DNA from: Nanobdellota archaeon
GTDB lineage: Archaea; Nanobdellota; Nanobdellia; JAAOXT01
Assembly: GCA_018221045.1 (NCBI GenBank)
Contig: JAAOXT010000001.1
Coordinates: forward strand, 603 to 64,602
Reading direction: 5' to 3'
Length of the DNA stretch: 64,000 nt
The position numbers and the translations under genes were made by a program. Shown here piece by piece: positions 53,450-62,968 of this stretch. Numbering within the stretch: the first letter of the stretch is position 1; every line of letters begins with the position of its first letter. A model generated the notes under the pieces. The model saw only the letters and a program-made list of their open reading frames with translations. It was not told the DNA's origin and did not search any database.

Positions 53450-54333
53450 TTTAGTTGTTCGAGGATTTGGCAGGTCTTGCAAACCTTTCTTGAAGTTGGT
53501 CCTCCACAGTTTTCGCATTTGTTTAAACGATTCTTCATAACCTTTTTTTCCAGGTTCGGGACTAACCTGTCAAAAATCATTTGCAGGTTGACCTTTGAGC
53601 CATGGAACTTGAATTCCAAGTCGTTCAATTCTTCTCTTATAAGGCTTCTGAAAGATTCTGAAACGTAAGGGCACGCCCCTTCATTTGATTCAAATCCTTT
53701 GATTATGGAGTAAGCCATGGATTCTCTTTCGCTGACCCTGCGGAAAGGTTTGATTCTTTGAACAAAGCCCGGGCTAATTGACTTGGTTCTGGCCAGTTTT
53801 TCCATGTTGAACTGGAAAATGTTCATTAAAATGTCTTGGCAAGTGTCGTCTAAGTTGTGCCCAGTGACGAGCTTGTCAGCCCCGAGCTCTAACGCTTTCT
53901 TGTTGATTAAGTACCTTCTTAGCACGCCGCATTTGGAGCACGGCGAGGTTTTCGTGCTGTCAAGTTTAACTATTTGGTCGGTTGTCGTGCCGAACTCTTC
54001 TTTGAAAGAAGATGTGTGCAGGGTTATCTTGTGTTTTTTGCAGAATTTTTTTATGAATGATTTGGAGCGTTCACGGTAATTTTTGATGCCTTCATCAATG
54101 AATAGGGCTTCGACTTTGGGAAAGTTTTTGTGAAGAATGTGTAAGAGATTGGTGGAGTCCTTTCCTCCTGAGGCAGCGACTAAAACCTTATCATTCCTGT
54201 TTATCATGAAAGTTTTCTGAACTGTTTCCAAAACCTTTTTTTCAACGCTGGCAACTAAGTGTTCTTCGCAGAACCACTTATCAGTATGTCTGACGTGAAT
54301 AACGCTTGTTTCCCTGCAAAAATCGCATTTCAT
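53446..54333 (-). CDS. TtuA/NcsA (Ncs6)-family tRNA 2-thiolation PP-loop ATPase
   Basis: It has an N-terminal Zn finger (CDFC...CEEH), the PP-loop VAASGGKDS, Fe-S ligand region CSKCGVLRR, GHNLDD and a C-terminal Zn finger (CENCG...CKTC). Confidence 0.85.
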   Translation of the reverse strand: MKCDFCRETSVIHVRHTDKWFCEEHLVASVEKKVLETVQKTFMINRNDKVLVAASGGKDSTNLLHILHKNFPKVEALFIDEGIKNYRERSKSFIKKFCKKHKITLHTSSFKEEFGTTTDQIVKLDSTKTSPCSKCGVLRRYLINKKALELGADKLVTGHNLDDTCQDILMNIFQFNMEKLARTKSISPGFVQRIKPFRRVSERESMAYSIIKGFESNEGACPYVSESFRSLIREELNDLEFKFHGSKVNLQMIFDRLVPNLEKKVMKNRLNKCENCGGPTSRKVCKTCQILEQLK

Positions 54334-54524
54334 CCTTTAGAACCCACTTTTATTATTTGAACAACATCTTCTTTTTTGAGCTCGTAATCCTCCGCAATCA
54401 TTTTCCCATCCTTTTTCACTATGATTTCTTCAGGGTTTTCCCCGGATTTCACGAGGACTTTTAGCAAAGAACCCTCTATCTCAACTTTTATCTTCGCGCC
54501 ATCGGGGTATTCGAGGGTTACCAT
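54330..54524 (-). CDS. ThiS/MoaD/TtuB-like beta-grasp (ubiquitin-like) protein, C-terminus GSKG instead of GG
   Basis: The 64-aa protein has the pattern IIVKKDGKMIAEDYELKKEDVVQIIKVGSKG-stop, which resembles ThiS-family tails (...GD.V.I.P.VSGG). Its stop overlaps the TtuA-like ATG as ATGA. Confidence 0.6.
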   Translation of the reverse strand: MVTLEYPDGAKIKVEIEGSLLKVLVKSGENPEEIIVKKDGKMIAEDYELKKEDVVQIIKVGSKG

Positions 54525-54636
54525 GCTCTTTTCTTTGTTCTGAAATGCTTTAAAGATTTTTCCATGCTCTTTTTTTAAGAGCTCGAAAAAAGGTTGTCCG
54601 TAAGCCTTATTAGTTCGTTGGCCCTGATATTATTGC

Positions 54637-55308
54637 ATGGTTGGAGAAGAGATAACTGGTCCGTTGAGTCAGGTTGGGGACTGGCTTATTGGAATCACTG
54701 TGCAAGCAGTGCCCCTCATAATCTCTTCCGCCTTGATAATATTTATTGGGTGGGTGGTCGCATCCATCATTGAGAGGATTGTGTCCAAGACTTTGCGCGG
54801 CGTTAAGCTGGACAAATGGCTTAAAGAAAGGAACATAACAAAGGCTTTGTTTAACGTTTCCATGGAGTCCTTAGTGGCTTCAGTAATCAAGTGGTACGTG
54901 TTTTTGCTTTTCTTGCAAGAAGCCGCGTTTCAAATAAATTTTCTTGCAATATCCACTTTTTTTGGTTCAATACTTGTGCTGATACCCCAATGGTCTATTG
55001 GAGTGATTACGATAGCAGTGGCCCTCATAATCGGCAATTGGTTTAAGGACAGGATTAACGAGTCCGGCGCGGTTTTCAGTGGTTGGATCGGGAACGTTAT
55101 TTATGGTTTTGTCGCGTATGTTGGGGTTGTTCTTGCACTGCCAAAGTTTGGTTTCACTAACGTAGAAATATTGACGGACGCGTTTAAACTGGTTGTTGGA
55201 GGATTATCTTTGGGTTTGGCTTTGGCAATAGGAATTGGTTTCGGCTGGGCTCTCAAAGAGGGGCCTGCAAAAGATTTTTTCAAACGGTTTGAGAAAAAAG
55301 AAGAATAA
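54637..55308 (+). CDS. Membrane protein with conserved-TM-helix repeats (mechanosensitive-channel-associated type)
   Basis: It has 4-5 TM segments. The pattern ALIIFIGWVVASIIERIVSKTLRG resembles the TM_helix repeat family. Confidence 0.45.
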   Translation: MVGEEITGPLSQVGDWLIGITVQAVPLIISSALIIFIGWVVASIIERIVSKTLRGVKLDKWLKERNITKALFNVSMESLVASVIKWYVFLLFLQEAAFQINFLAISTFFGSILVLIPQWSIGVITIAVALIIGNWFKDRINESGAVFSGWIGNVIYGFVAYVGVVLALPKFGFTNVEILTDAFKLVVGGLSLGLALAIGIGFGWALKEGPAKDFFKRFEKKEE

Positions 55309-55328
55309 AAAAAAAATAGTCCTTTTTT

Positions 55329-56345
55329 TTAGAACCATTTTTTCAGGTTTTTTTGCTCTTTTTCTTGAAGGGATTTGTTCAAGTTTTTGAACGCGTTGTC
55401 AATCCTGTTTTCGGAGAATTCGTGCTCGTCGCACAGTATTTTTTTTATGGCTTCAGGGTCTGGTTCACCCCATTTTGGAGTGGCTTTTTGGGTCGTGGGT
55501 TTTAGGAAGAAGTCTCTTATCTTTTCTGGTTTAATCTTGAAATTCCAGTTAACTTCTTTGAATATTTGCTCCCAAGATTTTTGTTTGATCAGTTTTAGGC
55601 CTGTTTTCGGCCCGATTCCTTTAATCCCTTTTGGGTTGTAATCAGTTCCGACGAGGATTCCAAGAGTTATTAATTGCTCCCGGGTGAGCCCTGTTTCTTT
55701 TAGGGCTTGGCTTAAAAATATTATTTCAGGTTTGATAGTGTAGTAAACGGGTTTGCCGGGAACTTTTCTGCGGCCAGTTATGTTGAGGTTTCGGATGAGT
55801 CTTTCAGCCCCGAATAGTAAGGCATCATAGTCCTGTGAGACCACTGCCCATACCGTGCCGTCCAACACCATGCTCGCGCACTGGGCTTCACCTTCGCTGA
55901 GCGCTTGAATGCAGGGGACTCCTAGGGCGGTTAGTAACTGTTTGGATTCTTCGACCATTTCTTCGGTGAGCTTGGAGGTTTGCTGAGCGTATCGCATCAT
56001 TAGAGCCTCATCCCCTTTTTTCCTTGCTTCAGCGAGTTTTTCCATGGCCAGCTTTTTTCTTTTAGCTCTTTCCTCTGCAACGGCTTTGAACTCTGGTGGT
56101 TTTCCGTCAAAAACGAAGCAGGGTTTTACGTTGTTTTCTAAAAGTTTTAGCGTTCGATAAAAAAGTCCTGATAAATGAGAAGTAATCTTTCCCCTGCTGT
56201 TTTTTAGGGGGGTGCCGTCAGCTTGTCTTATGATGCTTAAGAACTGGTATATTATGTTGAAAGCGTCGACACCGACTTTTTTTCCCGTGAGTTCCTCAAA
56301 ACTTGTTTCTTCTCTTGAAATAATGTCTTTTAGGTTTACGCCCAT
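55329..56345 (-). CDS. fen: Flap endonuclease 1
   Basis: It has the canonical N-terminus MGVNLKDII (ATG at 56345; the track ORF adds 13 upstream codons), GVDAFNIIYQFL, the PCIQALSEGEAQCA region, an H3TH region (GTDYNPKGIKGIGPKTGLKL) and a C-terminal PIP-like tail (KNLKKWF). Confidence 0.92.
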   Translation of the reverse strand: MGVNLKDIISREETSFEELTGKKVGVDAFNIIYQFLSIIRQADGTPLKNSRGKITSHLSGLFYRTLKLLENNVKPCFVFDGKPPEFKAVAEERAKRKKLAMEKLAEARKKGDEALMMRYAQQTSKLTEEMVEESKQLLTALGVPCIQALSEGEAQCASMVLDGTVWAVVSQDYDALLFGAERLIRNLNITGRRKVPGKPVYYTIKPEIIFLSQALKETGLTREQLITLGILVGTDYNPKGIKGIGPKTGLKLIKQKSWEQIFKEVNWNFKIKPEKIRDFFLKPTTQKATPKWGEPDPEAIKKILCDEHEFSENRIDNAFKNLNKSLQEKEQKNLKKWF

Positions 56346-56423
56346 GCTTTTACGAGAATCAAAGCTTTTTTTTAAGTCTTTCACAAACGTTTAAATCAGT
56401 GCACAACCATTTTTTTTTGTTGT

Positions 56424-57275
56424 ATGGTTTTAGAGTCGTTGATAACTGCGAGGCTTGCTAAGAACAGGCCAGTGTACACTTTCTTTTTCGCTTTTGTTTA
56501 CATGAACTTGGCGTTCATAATTGCTTTAACCGTTTTTCCCGGGAACCCGTCGACGCCAGCAATTTTTTTGGTGACAATGATGTTTGTTCCTTTTCTCGTG
56601 AACTTGTTGAAAGGGGCGGAGCTTTACGCTGAAACGCAGATAATGTTAAGGAATATTGTTTTGATGAAGAAGTACACTAAAGTGTTTTTAATCTTTTTTT
56701 ACTTGTTTTTAGGTGCTTTGGTGGCCACGACTTTTTGGGCTTCCCTGTCCTCGCATGAAGTTTACGCCAAGCTTTTTTCCAGCCAGATAAGCGTGATTTC
56801 CGAGATTTCTTCTCAATTCACAAGGGGTTACGTGACTGGTTCGTACGGTTTTCAGATGATATTGTTGAACAATTTTAAAGTATTGGTTTTCGTGATACTG
56901 TTCTCTTTTATTTTCGGGGCGGGAGCCATTTACATCCTTGCATGGAATGCCAGCGTTGTTGGAGTGGCTATTGGCAACCTTATCAGGAATTACTTCAGTT
57001 CCTGGGTTCCGGGCACTTCTTTTTACTCGTACTTGCACGTCGTGCCGTTGAGTTTCGCTAAGTTCATGACGCATGGAATAATCGAGGTTGCCGCTTATCT
57101 TTTTGCGGCTATTGCGGGAGGAATAATTAGTGCAGCGATTATTAGAAGGTCTTTGGCGGACGAAGAGTTTTCCGGCATATTGCGCACGTGTTTTGATTTA
57201 GTGCTAACGGCGTCCATCCTGCTGATTTTGGCGGCGATAGTTGAGGTAACGATTTCTCCTATGATCCTCGTGTAA
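56424..57275 (+). CDS. SpoIIM/DUF95-like polytopic membrane protein
   Basis: It has six hydrophobic segments and the pattern THGIIEVAAYLFAAIAGG, typical of the SpoIIM family. Confidence 0.55.
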   Translation: MVLESLITARLAKNRPVYTFFFAFVYMNLAFIIALTVFPGNPSTPAIFLVTMMFVPFLVNLLKGAELYAETQIMLRNIVLMKKYTKVFLIFFYLFLGALVATTFWASLSSHEVYAKLFSSQISVISEISSQFTRGYVTGSYGFQMILLNNFKVLVFVILFSFIFGAGAIYILAWNASVVGVAIGNLIRNYFSSWVPGTSFYSYLHVVPLSFAKFMTHGIIEVAAYLFAAIAGGIISAAIIRRSLADEEFSGILRTCFDLVLTASILLILAAIVEVTISPMILV

Positions 57276-57312
57276 AAGTTTTTAAGGATTTGATAAATAG
57301 TTATTCATCATA

Positions 57313-59745
57313 ATGGATGATGAGTATCAGGTATCTCTTAAAGACTTGGTGAGCAAAGTTAAAAAAAATAAAGACTTGTTGTTTTACTCAGGAGTTTTCG
57401 CGTTGTTGTGTTTAGCGTTCGTGATAAGAACTGCTGACATGAAGAATTTGGGTTCAGAGTTGTTGGCGAGCGACCCGTACGTTTTCTTAAGGTATGCTGA
57501 AGACATGGTTGAGAGAGGAGGGATCCCGCTTAATGATACTATGAGGTATCACCCTTTTGGTTTTGACACTAGTTTTGAAGCGCCCATGCCTTCTTACGCG
57601 ATAGTATTGATTTATTCTATCGCCAATTTCTTTAATCCTGGAGTGGCTTTGTTGTGGGCTGCTCAGATTTACCCTGCAATCTTTAGCGTTTTGGCTTTGT
57701 TCGTGTTTGCTTTAATAGCTAGAGAGTTGACGGGAAGTAAGCGAATTGCTTTGGCTTCGCTTGCTCTTTTGTTATGTCTTCCAGCTTTTTTGTATAGGAC
57801 TAGCGCGGGTTTCGCTGATAAAGAGCCTGTTGTGACGTTGTTCTCTTTGCTGATGGTTTACGCTTACGTTAGAGCCTTAGGGTCTGATAAGAAGTATTGG
57901 GTTTGGGCTGTTGTTTCAGGAGTGTTCACGGGTATTGCAGCGTTGTCTGGGGGCCTGTTCATTTTCGCCGTGTTTTCGATATGTGTTTACAACCTGTTAT
58001 CAATGTTGTTCTTGAGGATTGGGGATAGAAGGATTAAAATCCTGGTTTTATGGTTTGTTTCACAACTGCCAATACTTGTTTTCGCGACTAAGCGTTTCGG
58101 CGGGCTGGAGATTTACAAGCACATGGCTTTTCAAGCACCTGCAGCGACGTTGGGAGTCTTAGCGATTTATTTATTGGTAAAAAGATTGAAGGTGTCTGAA
58201 AAATGGCCTGCGAGCGTGATAACTTTTTTTGTGCTCTTCGCGCTCGGCTTCACGGTTCTTGCGTTAACCCAGCAGGGAGGGATTGCTTCCGCGCTTTCAA
58301 GCATTCACACTCGACTCATGTACCCGTTGGGTTATAACGCGTTCCAGCAGAGCGTTTCCGAGAACCAGTCCCCTTACGTTTATGACCCTCAAGGCAGGAC
58401 TGATTGGTGGAGCAATTTCGGATTCACTTTTCCTTTAATGCTTGCCGGCGCCATAATGCTTTTTTATTTCACTGTGAAGGACGTGAAAAGAAGTAATTTG
58501 CTGACATTGATGTTTGCAGTCTTCCTGATATTTTTTATTTTCTCGCGCTTCTCTTCAGACCCTGATTTCAGCGCGATAACGAGTTTTTTCACTGACTTCA
58601 ATCTTTACGCTTTATACGCTTTCCTAGTTGCTTTGTTATTGTTCGTTCTTTATAATGGGACTAAAGCGGATTATGATAAGATTTCTTGGAAAACTCTTTT
58701 CCTGGTTTCATGGTTCTTGATGACAGTCATAGGAGCTAGAGGGGTTATCAGGTTGATGTTTGTGGCAGCCCAGCCGGCGATGATAGTTACCGCTTATTTT
58801 TTGATAAAGTCAAGTGATTTGATTCATAAAAAAACTAAAGACGCTTTGTACACGGCGGTTCCGTTAATAGTTTTAGGAGCTATTTTTATATTCTTTTCTT
58901 ATCAGACTTACGGTTCGGCAAGTCACACGTACCCAACGTACAATCATTTCTGGAATGACGCGATGAATTGGGTGCAGGACAACACAAAGTCTTCTGACGT
59001 GTTCGTTCATTGGTGGGATTATGGTTACTGGATACAGTCTCGCGGGGACAGGGCGACTGTTCTTGATGGAGGCAACTTTTTTGGACCAGAAATTATTGCT
59101 CGCCACTTTTTCACGTCCACTAACATTAGTGAGATAAAAGAAACCCTTGATTATTATGGTAACCCGGAGTACTTGTTAATAGAGTCTAGCGACGTGTTTA
59201 AGTTTTATCAAATATCGAGGATTGGTGGAAGAGAATCCTGGTTCTCAGGATTAATGTTTTACGGGGATAGAGGGATTAACCCGTCTATAGAGAACATGTC
59301 TGCCGTCTTGGTTTACAACGCTGGCGGAGGCATACAGGTAAGAGAGGATTATGTTAGGGACGGAAAGTTGTGGGCGAAGGACTCGACTTACATTGTTCAA
59401 GCAGTTATTCCTCATAACGAGACGGATAAACTTGACCCGCAGGTCGTGTTAATCAATGAGTATGTTGGTCAGGCTTTGTTCCCGATAAGCTGTGTTTGCA
59501 AGTACGGGGCTTGCAGGACTGTTGACGAGACGGGGGTTCCAGGGTGTCTGGTGTTGTTCGATGACGCCATGATTTACGCTCCTGACGAGTTGAGGGACAT
59601 GCTTTTCACAAAGGTTTATTTGCTGAACAATTTTAGAGGAATAGAAAAAGTTTATGACAATCAAGTTCCGTTAAGCGCTAACGCTTTTTATGGCGGGGTA
59701 ACAAATATAAGAATTTATAGGATAAATTATACTGAATTAATATGA
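57313..59745 (+). CDS. aglB: Oligosaccharyltransferase AglB (STT3 family)
   Basis: It has a 13-TM-like N-terminal half and the catalytic WWDYGYWIQ motif, followed by a soluble C-terminal domain. Confidence 0.92.
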   Translation: MDDEYQVSLKDLVSKVKKNKDLLFYSGVFALLCLAFVIRTADMKNLGSELLASDPYVFLRYAEDMVERGGIPLNDTMRYHPFGFDTSFEAPMPSYAIVLIYSIANFFNPGVALLWAAQIYPAIFSVLALFVFALIARELTGSKRIALASLALLLCLPAFLYRTSAGFADKEPVVTLFSLLMVYAYVRALGSDKKYWVWAVVSGVFTGIAALSGGLFIFAVFSICVYNLLSMLFLRIGDRRIKILVLWFVSQLPILVFATKRFGGLEIYKHMAFQAPAATLGVLAIYLLVKRLKVSEKWPASVITFFVLFALGFTVLALTQQGGIASALSSIHTRLMYPLGYNAFQQSVSENQSPYVYDPQGRTDWWSNFGFTFPLMLAGAIMLFYFTVKDVKRSNLLTLMFAVFLIFFIFSRFSSDPDFSAITSFFTDFNLYALYAFLVALLLFVLYNGTKADYDKISWKTLFLVSWFLMTVIGARGVIRLMFVAAQPAMIVTAYFLIKSSDLIHKKTKDALYTAVPLIVLGAIFIFFSYQTYGSASHTYPTYNHFWNDAMNWVQDNTKSSDVFVHWWDYGYWIQSRGDRATVLDGGNFFGPEIIARHFFTSTNISEIKETLDYYGNPEYLLIESSDVFKFYQISRIGGRESWFSGLMFYGDRGINPSIENMSAVLVYNAGGGIQVREDYVRDGKLWAKDSTYIVQAVIPHNETDKLDPQVVLINEYVGQALFPISCVCKYGACRTVDETGVPGCLVLFDDAMIYAPDELRDMLFTKVYLLNNFRGIEKVYDNQVPLSANAFYGGVTNIRIYRINYTELI

Positions 59746-60728
59746 TATTACTGTTGTCCCTGCTAATCGCGTTGCTCTGTTCTTTGATTTTGACCAGGGC
59801 TTCAATTTCTTACTTGAGAACAATTGGTCTTGAGAACAGTGACGTTCACAAGCCCGCTGGAAGCGCGAAGGTGGTGGAAGGGGGTTTAGGCGCGGTTTGG
59901 GCTTTTTTCGCTGGGATCATGATTTACGTTGGCTTAATCACTTTTCAGGAAGGGGGCCAGGTTTTGAGCATTTTCGCCCCGGTTTGCACGATAATCATGG
60001 TGTCTTGGATCGGTTTTATTGATGACATAAAAAAGATAAAGAAATGGAAAGGCGGTTTAAAACAGTGGCAAAAACCGTTGCTAACATTGTTAGCGGTTAT
60101 CCCGTTGATGGCTGTTCGCGCTGGAAGCACTTCCATGAGCATTCCTTTCATTGGAATAGTGGATTTCGGGTTGCTTTACACTTTCATCTTGATTCCGATA
60201 GGCGTGGTCGGGGCTTCTAACGCGATAAACATGCTTGAAGGTTTTAACGGGTTGCAAGGCATGGGCGTGATCGTTCTTGTATTCCAGGGAGTTTACGCTT
60301 ATTGGCATGGCCAAACTCTTGCGGCAGCTATAGCTTTTTGTTTCGCTGCAGCCCTGTTAGGTTTTCTTAAGTTCAACTGGCGCCCTGCTAAAATTTTTCC
60401 AGGAGACACGTTGACTTATGCTGTTGGCGCAGCCATTGCAAGCGTCGCGATAGTTGGTAACATTGAAAAATTCAGTATTTATTTATTGGCTCCTTGGATT
60501 CTGGAGTTCTTCTTGAAATTGAGAACCCGTTTTAAGGCAGAGTGTTTTGGCAAGTTACAAAAGGACGGGACTTTAAAAGCGCCGGAGAAGGTAGGTTCTT
60601 TAACGCATTTGGTCATGAGGTCTGGCAGGTGGACTGAGAAGCAAGTTACCATAATACTTATATTCATAGAATTGTTGGTTGGTTTAATCGCTTTAGGAGT
60701 GACTTCATGGCAGATTTTACAGTGGTAA
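59742..60728 (+). CDS. Polyprenyl-phosphate GlcNAc-1-phosphate transferase (GT4/MraY-WecA-AglH family)
   Basis: It is polytopic with the motifs IGFIDDI and GASNAINMLEGFNGLQG. Its start is ATGA-coupled to aglB. Confidence 0.85.
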   Translation: MILLLSLLIALLCSLILTRASISYLRTIGLENSDVHKPAGSAKVVEGGLGAVWAFFAGIMIYVGLITFQEGGQVLSIFAPVCTIIMVSWIGFIDDIKKIKKWKGGLKQWQKPLLTLLAVIPLMAVRAGSTSMSIPFIGIVDFGLLYTFILIPIGVVGASNAINMLEGFNGLQGMGVIVLVFQGVYAYWHGQTLAAAIAFCFAAALLGFLKFNWRPAKIFPGDTLTYAVGAAIASVAIVGNIEKFSIYLLAPWILEFFLKLRTRFKAECFGKLQKDGTLKAPEKVGSLTHLVMRSGRWTEKQVTIILIFIELLVGLIALGVTSWQILQW

Positions 60729-61402
60729 TACCAACGTACAACGAGAAGGAAAACATTGACGAATTAGTGAAACATTTTCTTAAAATGTTCGACCAAAAAA
60801 AGCTGGGAGGAGAGTTGCTGGTAGTGGATGATGATTCTCCGGATAAGACTTGGGAGTTAGTGGAGGCTTGGACGAAAAAGGATTCTCGAGTCAAGTTATT
60901 GCACAGGAAGGGAAAGAAAGGTTTGGCAAGCGCGGTCATTGACGGTTTTGAAAAAGCGGGTTCAAAAATTTTGGTGGTGTGCGACGCCGATTTCTCGCAT
61001 GATTATTCGATTATTCCGACAATGGTTTCGTTAATCCGTCAAGGGGAAGACATTGTTATCGGTTCCAGGTTCGTTGAAGGAGGAGGGGTTAAAGGCTGGC
61101 CTGCTTACAGGCTCTTCATAAGTAAAGGGGCTAGACTGCTATCACGAGTGTTTTTAGGGGTGAAGGTTAAGGATCCTATGAGCGGTTTCTTCGCTTTAAA
61201 GAAGAGTGTTTTCAAAAAAATAAGTGGCGACATGAGCCCTCAAGGTTACAAAATTCTTTTGGAAATAGTTTTTAGAAGCGGTTCGAACAAGATTAAAGAA
61301 GTGCCTTTCGTTTTCAAAGACAGGGAACTGGGAAGTTCTAAGCTTAGCGGGAAAGTGATGAGCGAATACTTGAAAATGGTTTTAAACTTGGCTTTCAAGT
61401 AG
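60707..61402 (+). CDS. GT2 dolichyl-phosphate mannose/hexose synthase (Dpm1-like)
   Basis: Motifs are VVIPTYNEKENI, VVDDDSPDKT, CDADFSH and GSRF...GG. Confidence 0.85.
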   Translation: MADFTVVIPTYNEKENIDELVKHFLKMFDQKKLGGELLVVDDDSPDKTWELVEAWTKKDSRVKLLHRKGKKGLASAVIDGFEKAGSKILVVCDADFSHDYSIIPTMVSLIRQGEDIVIGSRFVEGGGVKGWPAYRLFISKGARLLSRVFLGVKVKDPMSGFFALKKSVFKKISGDMSPQGYKILLEIVFRSGSNKIKEVPFVFKDRELGSSKLSGKVMSEYLKMVLNLAFK

Positions 61403-62912
61403 TCATGTTGTAAACCACGAAGTCGGTTAATGTTTCGTTCTTGTACCCTTTACGTGAAAGGAAGCCTCCAAAACTGGACAGGACAACGTTATCTTCTTTG
61501 TTTATGATTATGTAAGTGGGTATTTGGGAGGCGGTTCGAGTCCATAAATCAAAGTAATCTTGTTCTGTATTAGGACCCCAATAAGCATAATAGTATGAGT
61601 GAGTGAACTTGAACGGGTTGAATTGTTTCTTGTTTTTCATGAACTCCCATTCCAATAGTTCGGGGGAGTGAGTGCCATAGTCAGGGCAACCCCAATCCTT
61701 GTTAGTGCATATCAGGTAGTAAACCATTTTAGGGTCTTCAGCGAAGCTGACAACTTCTTCAACGTTCACTTTTTCTCGTTGAACGAACAAAGGAAGGGTT
61801 GAGAGGAGTATCAGGCCAGCGCTTAGAACTATTACCGCGTTAAAAAATTTTTTGTCAAGTTTTTCCAGAAAATTGGCGAACAATATGAAAAGGAATGGGA
61901 CTGCTGGCAGCGTGTACCTCATGTCTTTGTTGTCGATGAAAGTTGAGACCAGGTAAACAATTATTATGAATAGCGCGGCTCTTCCCAGGAAAGTGTTGAA
62001 GCGCAGAGAAAGTTTGCCTTTCGATTTGTGGAATAAACCTAGGATTCCGAGCAGGAATAGCCCGCTTGTCTGCTCGAAAAACCCTGTTACGTAATACGTC
62101 CATCCCGCGGGTTCCTTCCAGTTAGGATCGTTTTCTATGATTCCTTGGTTCTGACTGTAGTAATGGTAGTGGCGAATCATGTCGTTGTCGATGAGCGAGA
62201 ATTGAAGCCAAGGAAGAGCGATTAATAAGCAGAGCGTGAATTGAATCGCGAAGCGGAAAATCATTCCAGAACGAATTCTCTTTTTGACAGCCCACTCGAT
62301 TATGAAGTAAGCAAAGATGAAAGCGGATAGGAAGATTATGGAAGTGTATTTTAACATGAACGCTGCGAGCAGGGGAATGGTTCCAAGAAACATTTTTTTG
62401 ATTCCTTTTTGGTGGAAGAAGTTGTAGTACCACACTATCATCATCGCTGCAAGCGCTGAGTCAACTAAAGGTTCTCTCGCCCACCTGAAAAAGATGGGGG
62501 ACAATGATAGGAAAATTGTTGTTAATAGCGACGTTTTATAACCGAATTTTTTTCTCAGAAGCAAGTAGAAGAAGTACAGTCCAACGATGACAAAGATTTG
62601 TGTCGCGAGCCTGGAGACCAGTTCATTAATCCCAAAAAAAGGGAACAGGATTCCTTCTAGGATTGCGTGGGCAGGGGGGTGGTAAAGCGCTGCCCATCTT
62701 ATGGGGTACACTTGAGAGTATTGGTTGTAGAAGTCTGGAAGCGAGATTAGTTCTCCGGAAAGCACGGTTTTGAAGTAGTCAGCGAAGAAAACGCCTGCCG
62801 CCGCGTGAACGCTTTCATCCCAGTTCAAGGAAGGGTTTGTGAGGAAGTTGCAAAGGATTAGGTAAAACACGAAGTAAATTATCAAGAAAACTTTTCTTTT
62901 TCCGAGTTGCAT
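61395..62912 (-). CDS. GT-C fold glycosyltransferase (GT39/ArnT/PMT-like)
   Basis: It has at least 11 TM segments, a first-loop acidic motif (LNWDESVHA) and a soluble C-terminal domain. Confidence 0.65.
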   Translation of the reverse strand: MQLGKRKVFLIIYFVFYLILCNFLTNPSLNWDESVHAAAGVFFADYFKTVLSGELISLPDFYNQYSQVYPIRWAALYHPPAHAILEGILFPFFGINELVSRLATQIFVIVGLYFFYLLLRKKFGYKTSLLTTIFLSLSPIFFRWAREPLVDSALAAMMIVWYYNFFHQKGIKKMFLGTIPLLAAFMLKYTSIIFLSAFIFAYFIIEWAVKKRIRSGMIFRFAIQFTLCLLIALPWLQFSLIDNDMIRHYHYYSQNQGIIENDPNWKEPAGWTYYVTGFFEQTSGLFLLGILGLFHKSKGKLSLRFNTFLGRAALFIIIVYLVSTFIDNKDMRYTLPAVPFLFILFANFLEKLDKKFFNAVIVLSAGLILLSTLPLFVQREKVNVEEVVSFAEDPKMVYYLICTNKDWGCPDYGTHSPELLEWEFMKNKKQFNPFKFTHSYYYAYWGPNTEQDYFDLWTRTASQIPTYIIINKEDNVVLSSFGGFLSRKGYKNETLTDFVVYNMTT

Positions 62913-62968
62913 GTTTAATTAATTAAAGGTTAATATTTTAAATCATATCGGATATAGTCATTGATATA

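Noticed and set aside
53450-53518. The SWIM ORF has an N-terminal extension (MRKLWRTNFKKGLQ...).
   Set aside because: It overlaps the 3' end of the TtuA-like gene. The internal ATG at 53449 gives the same ATGA coupling seen at the other junctions of the operon.
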